This document shows, one piece after another, positions 1 through 8,497 of a DNA stretch of 64,000 nt. The position numbers and the translations under genes are program-made. The notes beneath the pieces were generated by a model, which had not been told where the DNA came from, did no database searches, and saw only the letters and a list, made by a program, of their open reading frames with translations. Source of the stretch: Planctomycetota bacterium (GTDB lineage: Bacteria; Planctomycetota; SZUA-567; H5-PLA8); NCBI GenBank assembly GCA_038227875.1, contig JBBRPR010000010.1, forward strand, positions 32,001 to 96,000, read 5' to 3'. Numbering within the stretch: position 1 is the stretch's first letter; each line of letters opens with the position of its first letter.

Positions 1-1
1 T

Positions 2-1009
2 CTCGGGCCGGAAGTCGAAGCGTTCGAGCGTGAGTTCGCGGCGTATTCGGGCAGCACGCACGGCGTCGGGATGAATTCCGGCACGTCCGCGCTTCATCTG
101 GCGCTGCTGGCGCTGGGCGTGAAGCCTGGCGACGAAGTCGTGACGACGCCGTACACGTTTGTGGCGACGGCGTGGGCGATTTCGTACTGCGGAGCCAAGC
201 CGGTTTTCGCGGACATTGCGCCGGGAACGTTCCTGATCGACCCGGCCGCCGTCAAAGCCGCGATCACGCCGAAAACGAAAGCGGTGATCGGCGTGCATCT
301 CTACGGCCAGCCGTTCGACCTCGAACCAATGCTGGACGTCTGCAAGCAGAAGGGCCTGCCGCTGGTTGAAGATGCGGCGCAGGCGCACGGAGCGCTCTAT
401 AAGGGGCAAAAGGTCGGTTCGTTTGGCGACATCGCCGCGTTCAGTTTTTATCCGAGCAAAAATCTCGGCGCATGCGGCGAAGCAGGGATGGCGGTAACCA
501 AAGACGCAAAGCTCGCCGCCAGCATGCGAGCGCTGCGCGAACACGGCTCGGTGAAGCGCTATTACCACGATACCGTCGGCTTCAACTACCGCATGGAAGG
601 CCTGCAAGGCTGCGCGCTACGCGTCAAGTTGCCGCATCTCGATGGCTGGAACGCCCGGCGTCAGGCCCTCGCGAAATTGTACGACACGTTGCTGGAAGGC
701 AGCGCTGTCGAACGTCCGCGCGTCTCGCCCGATCGCACGCACGTCTACCATCTGTACGTGGTCCGTCACAAGCGCCGCGACGAGCTGAGCGCCGCGCTCC
801 GTGCGCAGGGCATCGGCTCGGGCATGCACTATCCGTTACCGCTCCACCTGCAGCAGGCGTACGCGGAGCTCGGACTGAAGGAAGGCTCATTTTCGCACGC
901 CGAAGCCGCGTCGCGCGAATGCCTGAGCTTGCCGCTGTTCCCGGAACTGACGGATGAGCAGGTAAAGACAGTGGCGCAGGCGGTCATTAAATGGGGGAAG
1001 TCGCAATGA
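2..1009 (+). CDS. DegT/DnrJ/EryC1/StrS family PLP-dependent sugar aminotransferase (5' truncated by window edge)
   Basis: Motifs NSGTSALHLAL, VHLYG, EDAAQAHGA, FSFYPSKNLG (PLP lysine), G.NYRM. The frame is open back to base 2. Confidence 0.95.
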   Translation, partial: LGPEVEAFEREFAAYSGSTHGVGMNSGTSALHLALLALGVKPGDEVVTTPYTFVATAWAISYCGAKPVFADIAPGTFLIDPAAVKAAITPKTKAVIGVHLYGQPFDLEPMLDVCKQKGLPLVEDAAQAHGALYKGQKVGSFGDIAAFSFYPSKNLGACGEAGMAVTKDAKLAASMRALREHGSVKRYYHDTVGFNYRMEGLQGCALRVKLPHLDGWNARRQALAKLYDTLLEGSAVERPRVSPDRTHVYHLYVVRHKRRDELSAALRAQGIGSGMHYPLPLHLQQAYAELGLKEGSFSHAEAASRECLSLPLFPELTDEQVKTVAQAVIKWGKSQ

Positions 1010-2208
1010 AGTTCGTAGTCATCTGTCCCGACGGCGGTTCCGATTGGCCGATTGCTTCGCTGGGAAACAAGACGCCGCTGGAGGCGGGGAAACTGCCGAA
1101 TCTCGCGCGGCTGGCCGCCGAAGGCACAGTCGGCCGGGCGATGCATATTCCGCCGGGCATGGACAACGGGTCGGACATCTGCTGCATGTCGCTGCTGGGT
1201 TTCGATCCCGCTCGCTACCACACGGGCCGCGCGCCGCTTGAAGCGAAGTCGATGAACGTGCCGCTGGAAGAAGGCGACATCGCGGTGCGCTGCAACACGG
1301 TCACGGTCGAAGACGGGATCATGGTCGACTTTACCGCCGGACACATCAAGACTGAGGAAAGCCGCCTGCTGGTTCAGGAACTGGAGTCGCACTGCTCCAA
1401 CGCGACGCTCCATTTTTACCCCGGGGTCAGCTACCGGCACCTGATGGTGGTGAAGAAACCCGGCGGCATCAAAGCGCAGTGCACGCCGCCGCACAACATC
1501 ACCGGCCGGCAGGTCGCCGATCATCTGCCGAAGGGCGAGGACGCCGCGTTCCTGATCGACCTGATGGAGCGCTCCAAGCCGCTCTTCGCAAGCCATCCGA
1601 TCAACCGCGCGCGCGTCAAGGCGGGCGATTCGCCGGCGACGCAGTGCTGGCTGTGGGGACACGGCTCGCGGCCGGAGTTGCCGCCGTTCAAGGACACGTT
1701 CGGCGTGACCGGTTCGCTGATCAGCGCCGTCGATCTGCTGCGCAGCCTTGGGCTGTACCTGGGGCTTGAGGTTCTGAACGTGCCGGGCATCACCGGGTAC
1801 ATCGACACGGATTATGCCGCGAAGGGCCGGTACGCGATCGAAGCGCTGGAGAAGGACGACTTCGTCTTCGTTCACGTGGAAGCGCCGGACGAATGCGGCC
1901 ATCAGGGCCATGCGGCGAACAAAGTGGGTGCGTTGGAGCGCATCGACAGCGACATCGTCGGGCCGATTTTGAATTCGCGCTTCGCTCAGTCGGGCGAACT
2001 GCGCATTCTTGTATGCCCCGATCATCCCACTCCCGTGGCACTGAAGACACATGCTACCGAAGCCGCGCCGTTCGTGGCGTGGGGGCCGGGCATTCCGTCG
2101 AATGGCCTGGAGTACACCGAGAGCAAGGCGAAGCTGTCGAAGGTTTACGTTGAACGCGGCTACGAATTGATGGGCAAATTCGTGCGCGGCGAATTTGCAG
2201 CCGGTTGA
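1006..2208 (+). CDS. apgM: cofactor-independent phosphoglycerate mutase (archaeal-type ApgM family)
   Basis: DG..D..LGNKTPLEA, GSD, GRAPLEA, GVSYRHL, HVEAPDECGH, PDHPTP. ATGA overlap with the upstream stop. Confidence 0.92.
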   Translation: MKFVVICPDGGSDWPIASLGNKTPLEAGKLPNLARLAAEGTVGRAMHIPPGMDNGSDICCMSLLGFDPARYHTGRAPLEAKSMNVPLEEGDIAVRCNTVTVEDGIMVDFTAGHIKTEESRLLVQELESHCSNATLHFYPGVSYRHLMVVKKPGGIKAQCTPPHNITGRQVADHLPKGEDAAFLIDLMERSKPLFASHPINRARVKAGDSPATQCWLWGHGSRPELPPFKDTFGVTGSLISAVDLLRSLGLYLGLEVLNVPGITGYIDTDYAAKGRYAIEALEKDDFVFVHVEAPDECGHQGHAANKVGALERIDSDIVGPILNSRFAQSGELRILVCPDHPTPVALKTHATEAAPFVAWGPGIPSNGLEYTESKAKLSKVYVERGYELMGKFVRGEFAAG

Positions 2209-2226
2209 TAGGAGCTGAAAGAAATC

Positions 2227-2574
2227 ATGGCGAACGAACACCGCGTCCCCGGAACCGGAGCTGTTTTCGCCGCCGTCTGCGGCACGGTCGAAGAGCGCAA
2301 ACGCACGATGCCCGAGAAATCCTACGTCGCGACGCTGCTGCGCAAAGGCACCGACACGATTTGCTGCAAAGTTGCCGAAGAGACCGGCGAAGTGATCAAA
2401 GCCGCGCGCGAGCAGAGCACCGAGCAGCTCACGAAGGAACTCTGCGACCTGTTTTTCCATTCGATGGTGCTGATGGCCGACAAAGGCATCTCGTTCGCCC
2501 ACATTGAGTACGAACTGGGCAAGCGGCACGGGATTTCGGGGCTCGACGAGAAGGCCGCGCGGAAGAAGAGCTAA
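2227..2574 (+). CDS. hisE: phosphoribosyl-ATP diphosphatase
   Basis: SYVATLL.KG...I..KVAEE..EV, E..DL.FH..VL, EL..RHG.SGL.EKA.R; AGGAG RBS. Confidence 0.93.
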   Translation: MANEHRVPGTGAVFAAVCGTVEERKRTMPEKSYVATLLRKGTDTICCKVAEETGEVIKAAREQSTEQLTKELCDLFFHSMVLMADKGISFAHIEYELGKRHGISGLDEKAARKKS

Positions 2575-2582
2575 CGTGCGCG

Positions 2583-2800
2583 AATTCAAAATTCAAAAAC
2601 GCACGCTATCTGGTGCCATGGTTGCATAAGTTTCTGAGCGTAGCGAAGAAAATTATTCATCCGTGCATTGGACGTCCCGTGATGTGAGGGAGCGCAACGC
2701 ACGGATGAGCGAACATTTTCGCTACGCTCAAATGTCCGCACATCCATGGCACCAAGTCAGCCGCGTGCGTTTTTTAATTTTGAATTTTTACTTTTGAATT
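2583..2800. repeat. ~200-bp nested imperfect inverted repeat (MITE/REP-like hairpin) between convergent genes
   Basis: Paired arms 2583-2606/2763-2786, TGGTGCCATGG 2611-2621/2744-2754, TGAGCGTAGCGAA 2635-2647/2718-2730, TCATCCGTGC 2657-2666/2699-2708. Confidence 0.85.
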
Positions 2801-2804
2801 GCCG

Positions 2805-3245
2805 TCACGCAGTGGTCATCACCAGCTTGCCGTGAAGGATTCCTTTGAGTGCGAGGATCGTTTCGGCCTGGGTACGGATCGCGCCGGCGGGTCCTCGGAG
2901 GACCAGGACGTCCAGTTCGTGGTGGCCGCCGAGACGCACTTGCAGCGTCGAAATCAAATTGCCGCCCATCGCGCGCTTGGATTCAGACATGCGTTTCTGG
3001 ACGTCAGCGTTCTGGTTGTCGTAGACCAGAGTGACGGTCGCCACCTGTTCGCCCTTGCCTTCCGACCAGGCTTCCTGCACGAGGCGGTCGCGGATCAGAT
3101 CGCGGATGGCTTCGGAGCGGTTTTGATTGTTGCGCTCCTGAAGATGCTGATCGAATTTTTTGAGCAGGTCGTCCGGAATGGAAATTCCAAAACGGATCAG
3201 ATCCTGTTCCTGCTGTGCGCGTTTGTTTGTCCGGCCACGTCTCAT
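2805..3245 (-). CDS. nikR: NikR-like ribbon-helix-helix/ACT transcriptional regulator
   Basis: RFGISIP..LL.KFD....R...NRSEAIRDLIR, TLVYD, VLRG, LKGILHGKL. Start ATG at 3245 chosen over the ORF-track start 3299. Confidence 0.85.
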   Translation of the reverse strand: MRRGRTNKRAQQEQDLIRFGISIPDDLLKKFDQHLQERNNQNRSEAIRDLIRDRLVQEAWSEGKGEQVATVTLVYDNQNADVQKRMSESKRAMGGNLISTLQVRLGGHHELDVLVLRGPAGAIRTQAETILALKGILHGKLVMTTA

Positions 3246-3360
3246 AGTCAAAGGGCCCCCCGACCCCGTGCCAGGCTTTGTCGTTTCAGCCCGGCCCAAC
3301 CGTGCTATTCGAATGTCGTTGTGCTTCTCAGTGTATCATTCAGTTCGTTTACAGACGGTG

Positions 3361-4068
3361 TCAATTCAGCGAATAGTCCCTCGTCCCGTATTGAGTCGCC
3401 GGCGGCTTGGGCTCCAACGCCAGCAACAACTTTTCCAGCACCGACGTGATCAGCCGCGTGCGTTTAAGCACATCGGCATTTTCCATCAAGGCCTGGCGCA
3501 ATCCGGGATGATGTACGTAGACGCTCGCCAGCAGATCGGAGACAGCTCCCGGTTCCGGCCGGTCGCGCAGCACGGCTTCCATTTCTTCGGAAGCGTCGCC
3601 CTGCAGCGTGCGGCCGATCAGGGTCCGCGCCGCGCGCAACAGTTCGTCGTGTGAACGGGCCAGGTGCTTCTGCAATTCCGGCGTTTTCGGCACGTCGTCT
3701 GGAAGAGTTTCCACGCGCGCAATGCGGTAAGGCTGGTGCGGGACTTCTTCGGTGATGCGGCAGCGCGCCTGCCCGAGCACGGCAATGTTGATCGTGCCAT
3801 CCTCCTGCGGTTCGTGTGCCACCACCGTGCCGACGCCGAGGACTTCGTGGACGGGCGGTAGCGTCGTGATCAGCGATCCCGGAGGCAGGTCCGCGGGGTC
3901 TTTGAGGTGCGCCATGCCGATAAAGCGCTCCGTGGCCATCGCGTCTTCCAGCATCTTCAGGTAGCGGGGTTCAAAAACACGCAGGGGCATAACGCTTCCA
4001 GGGAAGAGCACCACTCCGGGCAACGGAAATAGAGAGACAAGCAGCGAATCTGGGAATGGCGAGGGCAT
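3361..4068 (-). CDS. LON peptidase substrate-binding (Lon N-terminal) domain protein
   Basis: LFPLPGVVLFPG..MPLRVFEPRYL.M, DG..NI...G..R..I.EE...PYR.A; no AAA+ or protease domain. Confidence 0.9.
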   Translation of the reverse strand: MPSPFPDSLLVSLFPLPGVVLFPGSVMPLRVFEPRYLKMLEDAMATERFIGMAHLKDPADLPPGSLITTLPPVHEVLGVGTVVAHEPQEDGTINIAVLGQARCRITEEVPHQPYRIARVETLPDDVPKTPELQKHLARSHDELLRAARTLIGRTLQGDASEEMEAVLRDRPEPGAVSDLLASVYVHHPGLRQALMENADVLKRTRLITSVLEKLLLALEPKPPATQYGTRDYSLN

Positions 4069-4290
4069 GCGGTCTTTGTCCTACATGCGCCACGCGCTCA
4101 AAGCGCCAAGGTCGGCGAATGGGGCTATTTTTTGGCCCGGAACTCCCGGGCTCTACCCGGCGCCAGCACATTCCGGGCGGCATCAAAATCACAGGGCACT
4201 CAAGGTAGGCTTTGCCACCGTGCGTGTCAAGAAGTACTGCCTGCGTAGCACTGATTTTCTTGACAGAAGTTTTTCCTCGTTGCTCAAAAG

Positions 4291-4319
4291 CACAAGGGCG
4301 CGAAATTCGCGCCCTTGTG
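4291..4319. terminator. hairpin downstream of the kinase gene, putative terminator
   Basis: CACAAGGGCGCGAA-A-TTCGCGCCCTTGTG perfect stem, followed by CTTTT on the minus strand. Confidence 0.55.
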
Positions 4320-4346
4320 TAGACAACCTGACAAACATGAATTTTC

Positions 4347-7300
4347 TTAGTCGTCGACGTTTTGTTCACCGACTGTTCCGCCGCCGTTCTTTTTCGGCGG
4401 AGGATCGTTGCGGGGCGGCGGATCATTGCGCGGCGGCGGAGGCGGCGCTTCGCGGCTGATCACGTCCAACCGGTCGAGCGCGTTCTTCATGTCGTCGGCG
4501 ATGAATGCTTTGTCCTTGGTCAGCTTCGTGGAGATGGCGCTGGCGTCCTTCATGCTCGCGGCAAGCTGTCCCAGAGCTGCATTCGGCAGCGCCTGTAACT
4601 TGGCCACGGCCGTGTTGTATTGTGCTTTTTCCGCTTCGCCCTTGCCTGCACGCAAGCTCCGGCTTAGACGTTCCAGCTGCGTTCCGCTGGTGGCCACGAG
4701 CGTGTTGATGTCCGTCGAGGTCTGCTGGATCGCGTTCAACGCCAGGCTGAGATCTTTGACCTCCGTCTGCGTCGCAAATGCCGGGGGCACGCTGCGCAGT
4801 GCGGTCAGCGCGCCGTTGAGTTCCTTGGCAGCGAGCTTGTCCTTCACCTGCTGCATCACGGCCTTGTACTGGCCTTCGGCGGCGGCAAGGATGGCCTTGT
4901 TCAGATCGGCGACCTGCGAGTCGATCTTGGCCAATTCGGTTTTGAACGCATCCTTGTCAGTCATGTCGACCTTGAAGGCGTTGAGCGCTGCCACGGCATC
5001 TTCGGGCTTGAGCTTGGAAATTTCGGGAAGCTTCGCCTCGAAATTCTTGCGGATGCCGTCGAACTTGACTTTCAACGCGGCGGCGGCCTTTTCCTTTTCC
5101 CACGCCGCCGAAGCGGTGGCGAGCTTGGCCTTGACGGCTGCCGACTTGTCGGCCGCCGATTTGTCGCCGTCCGGTGCGAACGCCTTAGCTGCTTCGTAGC
5201 TGTCCATGGCCTTCTTCAGATCGGCCACCTGGGTTTCGAGCGGCTTGTCACCCACGCCGGTTTCGATCTTGCCGGCTTCGTCCATGTACTTTTTGAAGTT
5301 CTCGAGCTTCTCGGAGGCCTTTGCGGCTTCGGCCTTTTTCTGAAGGAGGAAGTCGCGCACGCCGTCGAGGCCGGGTCCCTTGGAATCGATCGCCAGGGCT
5401 TTGTCGTAATTTTCCTGCGCCTTGCCCGCGTCGCTATCGGAGACCGCTTTGCGCGCCAGCTGCGCGAACCCGTCGAACTCCTTCTTGTTTTTGATTCGCG
5501 TCTTGGTCTCGGCCAGACTCTTTTCAAGCTTCAGCAGGTCGGCGTCCTTGTCGTAAAACTTCCGCGCGTCCGCGAGATTCTTTTCGGCGGCGCTTGTGTC
5601 GCTGTCTTCAAGGGCGGCGGCGGCGGACTTGAGCAGGGAGAAGAATTCAACGTGCTTTTTCTTGTCCTCGAGGGCCGCGGTGAGCGACTTTTCGAGGTTC
5701 TTCGCGTCGGGATCGTCCGGGATCTTCGACAGCGCCTTGGCCAGCGCGACTTGAGCCTTGTCCAAATCCTGCTTGTCGAACAACCCCTTGGCATCGGTTA
5801 AGGCGGCGTTGAACTCGCTCTTGATTTCAGCCTTGCGCTTGTTCTCGCGCGCAATTCTCACTTCGTCGCCCAGCAGCTTGTCGACTTCGATCTTCGCCGC
5901 CTTGGCTTCATTGCGGTCCAGTCCGAGGTCAATGGCTTCCTGAAGGAGCGTGGCTTTCTTTTCGTTGTCGGTGGTTTCTTTGACCTGCTTGAGCAGCTTG
6001 TCGTAGCGCTCGGCCTTCAGCCGCTCGTCCAGAATCGCGGCGAACTTCTTCTGCATCTTGGCGAATTCGTCGGCCGACGGGATCAGGTATGGCGCTTCGC
6101 GCTGCAGCTTCGCGCGATCGTCTTCCGAGGGCAGCTTGCTCTGCGCGTCGGTGAGCGCCTTCATGGTTTCTTCGGTGACGGTTTCGGGCTTCTTGAGGAC
6201 GTCGTTGGCCTTGTTGAGGATGTCGACGAAGGCCTTGCGCTTGATTTCCGCTCCGCTCAGGAAGGCCATCAACTTCTGCTTTTCCTGGAACGTCTTGAGC
6301 GTTGAATCCTCGACAGCAAACTCGGTTGCCGCGTTCAGTTCTTTCTTGGCGCTGGCGAGGTCTTCTTTTTTGATGTAGGTGTCGACGAGTTGCAGCTTTT
6401 CCGTGAACTTGACGGTCTTGCCCGCGGCGTCGATTAAACCCTGGACACGCTTTTCGTCAGCTTCCAGCGTTTTCAGCGTGGCGACATCGGCAGCCTGCTT
6501 CAAGGGCAGCGACTGCGCCGTCATCAGGAACGATGAGGCCGAATCCATGTCGCCGGCCTTGGCGCTGTCTTCGGCTAGTTTCAGATTGTTGGCGTGCATG
6601 TTCTTCTGGAGCTGCAACTGTTTATCGGTCAGGGTGATGGTCGGCCCTTTGATTGTCGCCGAACCCGTTCCCGTTCCGGTTCCAACGCCCGTACCCGAAA
6701 CCACCGTTCCGGTGTCCGGACCCTTCTTCGTGAATGCATAGCCCAACCCGCCGGCGAGAATCAACACCGCCGCCGCGCCGGCCACGTACAAGCCGGTCTT
6801 GCCCTTTGCAGGTGCGCCGTCGCCAATCAGCGTCGGTTCGCCGGCTCCGGTGATGATCGTGCGCTGTCCGCCGCCGGCCGCTTGCTGGCGCGCCATGGAC
6901 ATGCCCGGGACCACGCCAATGTCGCCGCCGCCTTCGTCATCGTCGTCTTCGCTTTCGGGACCCGCGACCTGCTTGCGGCAGTGGCGCAGCGCCTTGAGCA
7001 ACTGTGTGGCGTCGCCGTAACGGTTGTCCTGTTTCTTGTCGAGGCACTTGTCGATGATGTCGCTGAACGTCTGCGAGACATCCGGGCGAACCTTGGTGAT
7101 CGGTTCGTGCGGTTCGTGCATCGTCGCCATCAGCACTTTCATGATGGCTTCGCCGCGGAACGGCGCCTTGCCGGTCAGCAGCGCGTACATCGTCGCGCCC
7201 ATGCCGAAGACGTCGGAACGCTTGTCGGCGGTTTTGGCGTCGAGGGCCTGTTCGGGCGCCATGTAACCGGGCGTGCCCATCGCGGCCTGCACGCCAGTGA

Positions 7301-8165
7301 GCGACTGGTTGCTCTCTTCGTTGCGGGCCAGGCCCAGGTCCATCAGCTTCGAGCGCCGGAGATCGAACTCCTTGGCGGAGTTGCGGCTCAGGTACGGCAC
7401 CATGATGTTTTCGGGCTTCAAATCGCGATGGACGATGTTGTTGTTGTGCGCGGCCTGCAAGCCGATCGTCGCCGCGATGATGATGTCGAGCGCTTCGCGT
7501 TCGGGAATACCCGGCTGGCCGCCTTCGAGCACCATCTTGAGGTACTGGCCGGCAGTGCGCCCCGGAACAAATTCCATGACGAGGAAGAAGAGTCCTGATT
7601 CTTCATTCACGTCCATGACGTTGACGAGATGCGGTGAACGGACCATCGCGGCGATCTGCGCTTCGCGGAAGAAGCGTTTGATCATGCCCGGGTCTTGTTC
7701 GGCCAGATGGAACGGCAGAACCTTGACGGCCACTTCGCTCTGCAAACGCGGATGGACGCCGTAATAAACCGCACCCATGCCGCCCTGTCCGATTTTGGCG
7801 AGCAACGGGATGCCGTTGAGCGAGGGGCACTGCTGGCCGCCGCTTTCCAAGCGGGGGGCGTCGCGCAACAGGCGTTCGCCGGAGAGATCCTGCGCGCCGA
7901 TGCTCGTGGCGGAAACAACGTGCGAAGTGCCGGTCATGTCGCCGGTGATGGTGGCCGACGCAGCCGAACCACGGCTGCCCGCGGAACTGGCCGGTTTGGC
8001 GATGTTAGCGGCCGACGGCGCAGGGCCGATTTGTGTGCGCTCACCGCCGTCGTCGGTGCCATATTTCATGGTTGGCGGCGTAAGTCCGTCCACGGCATTA
8101 CTGGCTGCAGCCGAGTCGGGGGCCCCCTTGGCGTCTTTGGCGTCACCCTTACCACTAGCTGCCAT
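4347..8165 (-). CDS. membrane-anchored Hanks-type Ser/Thr protein kinase with a long helical/TPR-like C-terminal region
   Basis: IGQGGMGAVY, VAVK, HRDLKPEN, DLGLAR, GTPGYMAPEQ; one TM helix (GLYVAGAAAVLILAGGLGYAF); Ala/Lys/Glu-rich helical repeats; Pro-rich tail. Confidence 0.93.
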   Translation of the reverse strand: MAASGKGDAKDAKGAPDSAAASNAVDGLTPPTMKYGTDDGGERTQIGPAPSAANIAKPASSAGSRGSAASATITGDMTGTSHVVSATSIGAQDLSGERLLRDAPRLESGGQQCPSLNGIPLLAKIGQGGMGAVYYGVHPRLQSEVAVKVLPFHLAEQDPGMIKRFFREAQIAAMVRSPHLVNVMDVNEESGLFFLVMEFVPGRTAGQYLKMVLEGGQPGIPEREALDIIIAATIGLQAAHNNNIVHRDLKPENIMVPYLSRNSAKEFDLRRSKLMDLGLARNEESNQSLTGVQAAMGTPGYMAPEQALDAKTADKRSDVFGMGATMYALLTGKAPFRGEAIMKVLMATMHEPHEPITKVRPDVSQTFSDIIDKCLDKKQDNRYGDATQLLKALRHCRKQVAGPESEDDDDEGGGDIGVVPGMSMARQQAAGGGQRTIITGAGEPTLIGDGAPAKGKTGLYVAGAAAVLILAGGLGYAFTKKGPDTGTVVSGTGVGTGTGTGSATIKGPTITLTDKQLQLQKNMHANNLKLAEDSAKAGDMDSASSFLMTAQSLPLKQAADVATLKTLEADEKRVQGLIDAAGKTVKFTEKLQLVDTYIKKEDLASAKKELNAATEFAVEDSTLKTFQEKQKLMAFLSGAEIKRKAFVDILNKANDVLKKPETVTEETMKALTDAQSKLPSEDDRAKLQREAPYLIPSADEFAKMQKKFAAILDERLKAERYDKLLKQVKETTDNEKKATLLQEAIDLGLDRNEAKAAKIEVDKLLGDEVRIARENKRKAEIKSEFNAALTDAKGLFDKQDLDKAQVALAKALSKIPDDPDAKNLEKSLTAALEDKKKHVEFFSLLKSAAAALEDSDTSAAEKNLADARKFYDKDADLLKLEKSLAETKTRIKNKKEFDGFAQLARKAVSDSDAGKAQENYDKALAIDSKGPGLDGVRDFLLQKKAEAAKASEKLENFKKYMDEAGKIETGVGDKPLETQVADLKKAMDSYEAAKAFAPDGDKSAADKSAAVKAKLATASAAWEKEKAAAALKVKFDGIRKNFEAKLPEISKLKPEDAVAALNAFKVDMTDKDAFKTELAKIDSQVADLNKAILAAAEGQYKAVMQQVKDKLAAKELNGALTALRSVPPAFATQTEVKDLSLALNAIQQTSTDINTLVATSGTQLERLSRSLRAGKGEAEKAQYNTAVAKLQALPNAALGQLAASMKDASAISTKLTKDKAFIADDMKNALDRLDVISREAPPPPPRNDPPPRNDPPPKKNGGGTVGEQNVDD

Positions 8166-8410
8166 CGATACTCCTCGTGATCAAAGCGTGGCTGGCGCGA
8201 AGATTAAGAATCCAGCTTGAGACCTTACCCTAAGTAGTGGTAAACGCAAGATATCTACTTTTAAATATCCAGCGCCTACCAGCCGGGCGGGCGCCCAACC
8301 TCTTTGGGTATTCAAACCCAAAAAAGTTTTGGTAATTCCCGGAGATTCTCAAGAACCATGAACATTGTGGGGTTTAGCGCTGCACAGGTTGAACGGTGGG
8401 CGTTTCGGAT

Positions 8411-8439
8411 TGGACAAGGACTGTGTTAAATTTTAGGAT
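8411..8439 (+). promoter_or_regulatory. putative sigma70-type promoter of porin 1
   Basis: TGGACA-N17-TAGGAT. Confidence 0.5.
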
Positions 8440-8497
8440 GTTCAGAGATTCCCCGTTTTCCATGAAAACTGCTTGACCTCATTTTGAGGGTTCCGCG

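Noticed and set aside
829..2589. 586-aa minus-strand ORF
   Set aside because: Antisense to apgM and hisE, which have clear family motifs.
8303..8322. TTTGGGT-ATTCAA-ACCCAAA hairpin as a tRNA-Sec anticodon arm
   Set aside because: No acceptor, D or T arms around it; a simple hairpin.
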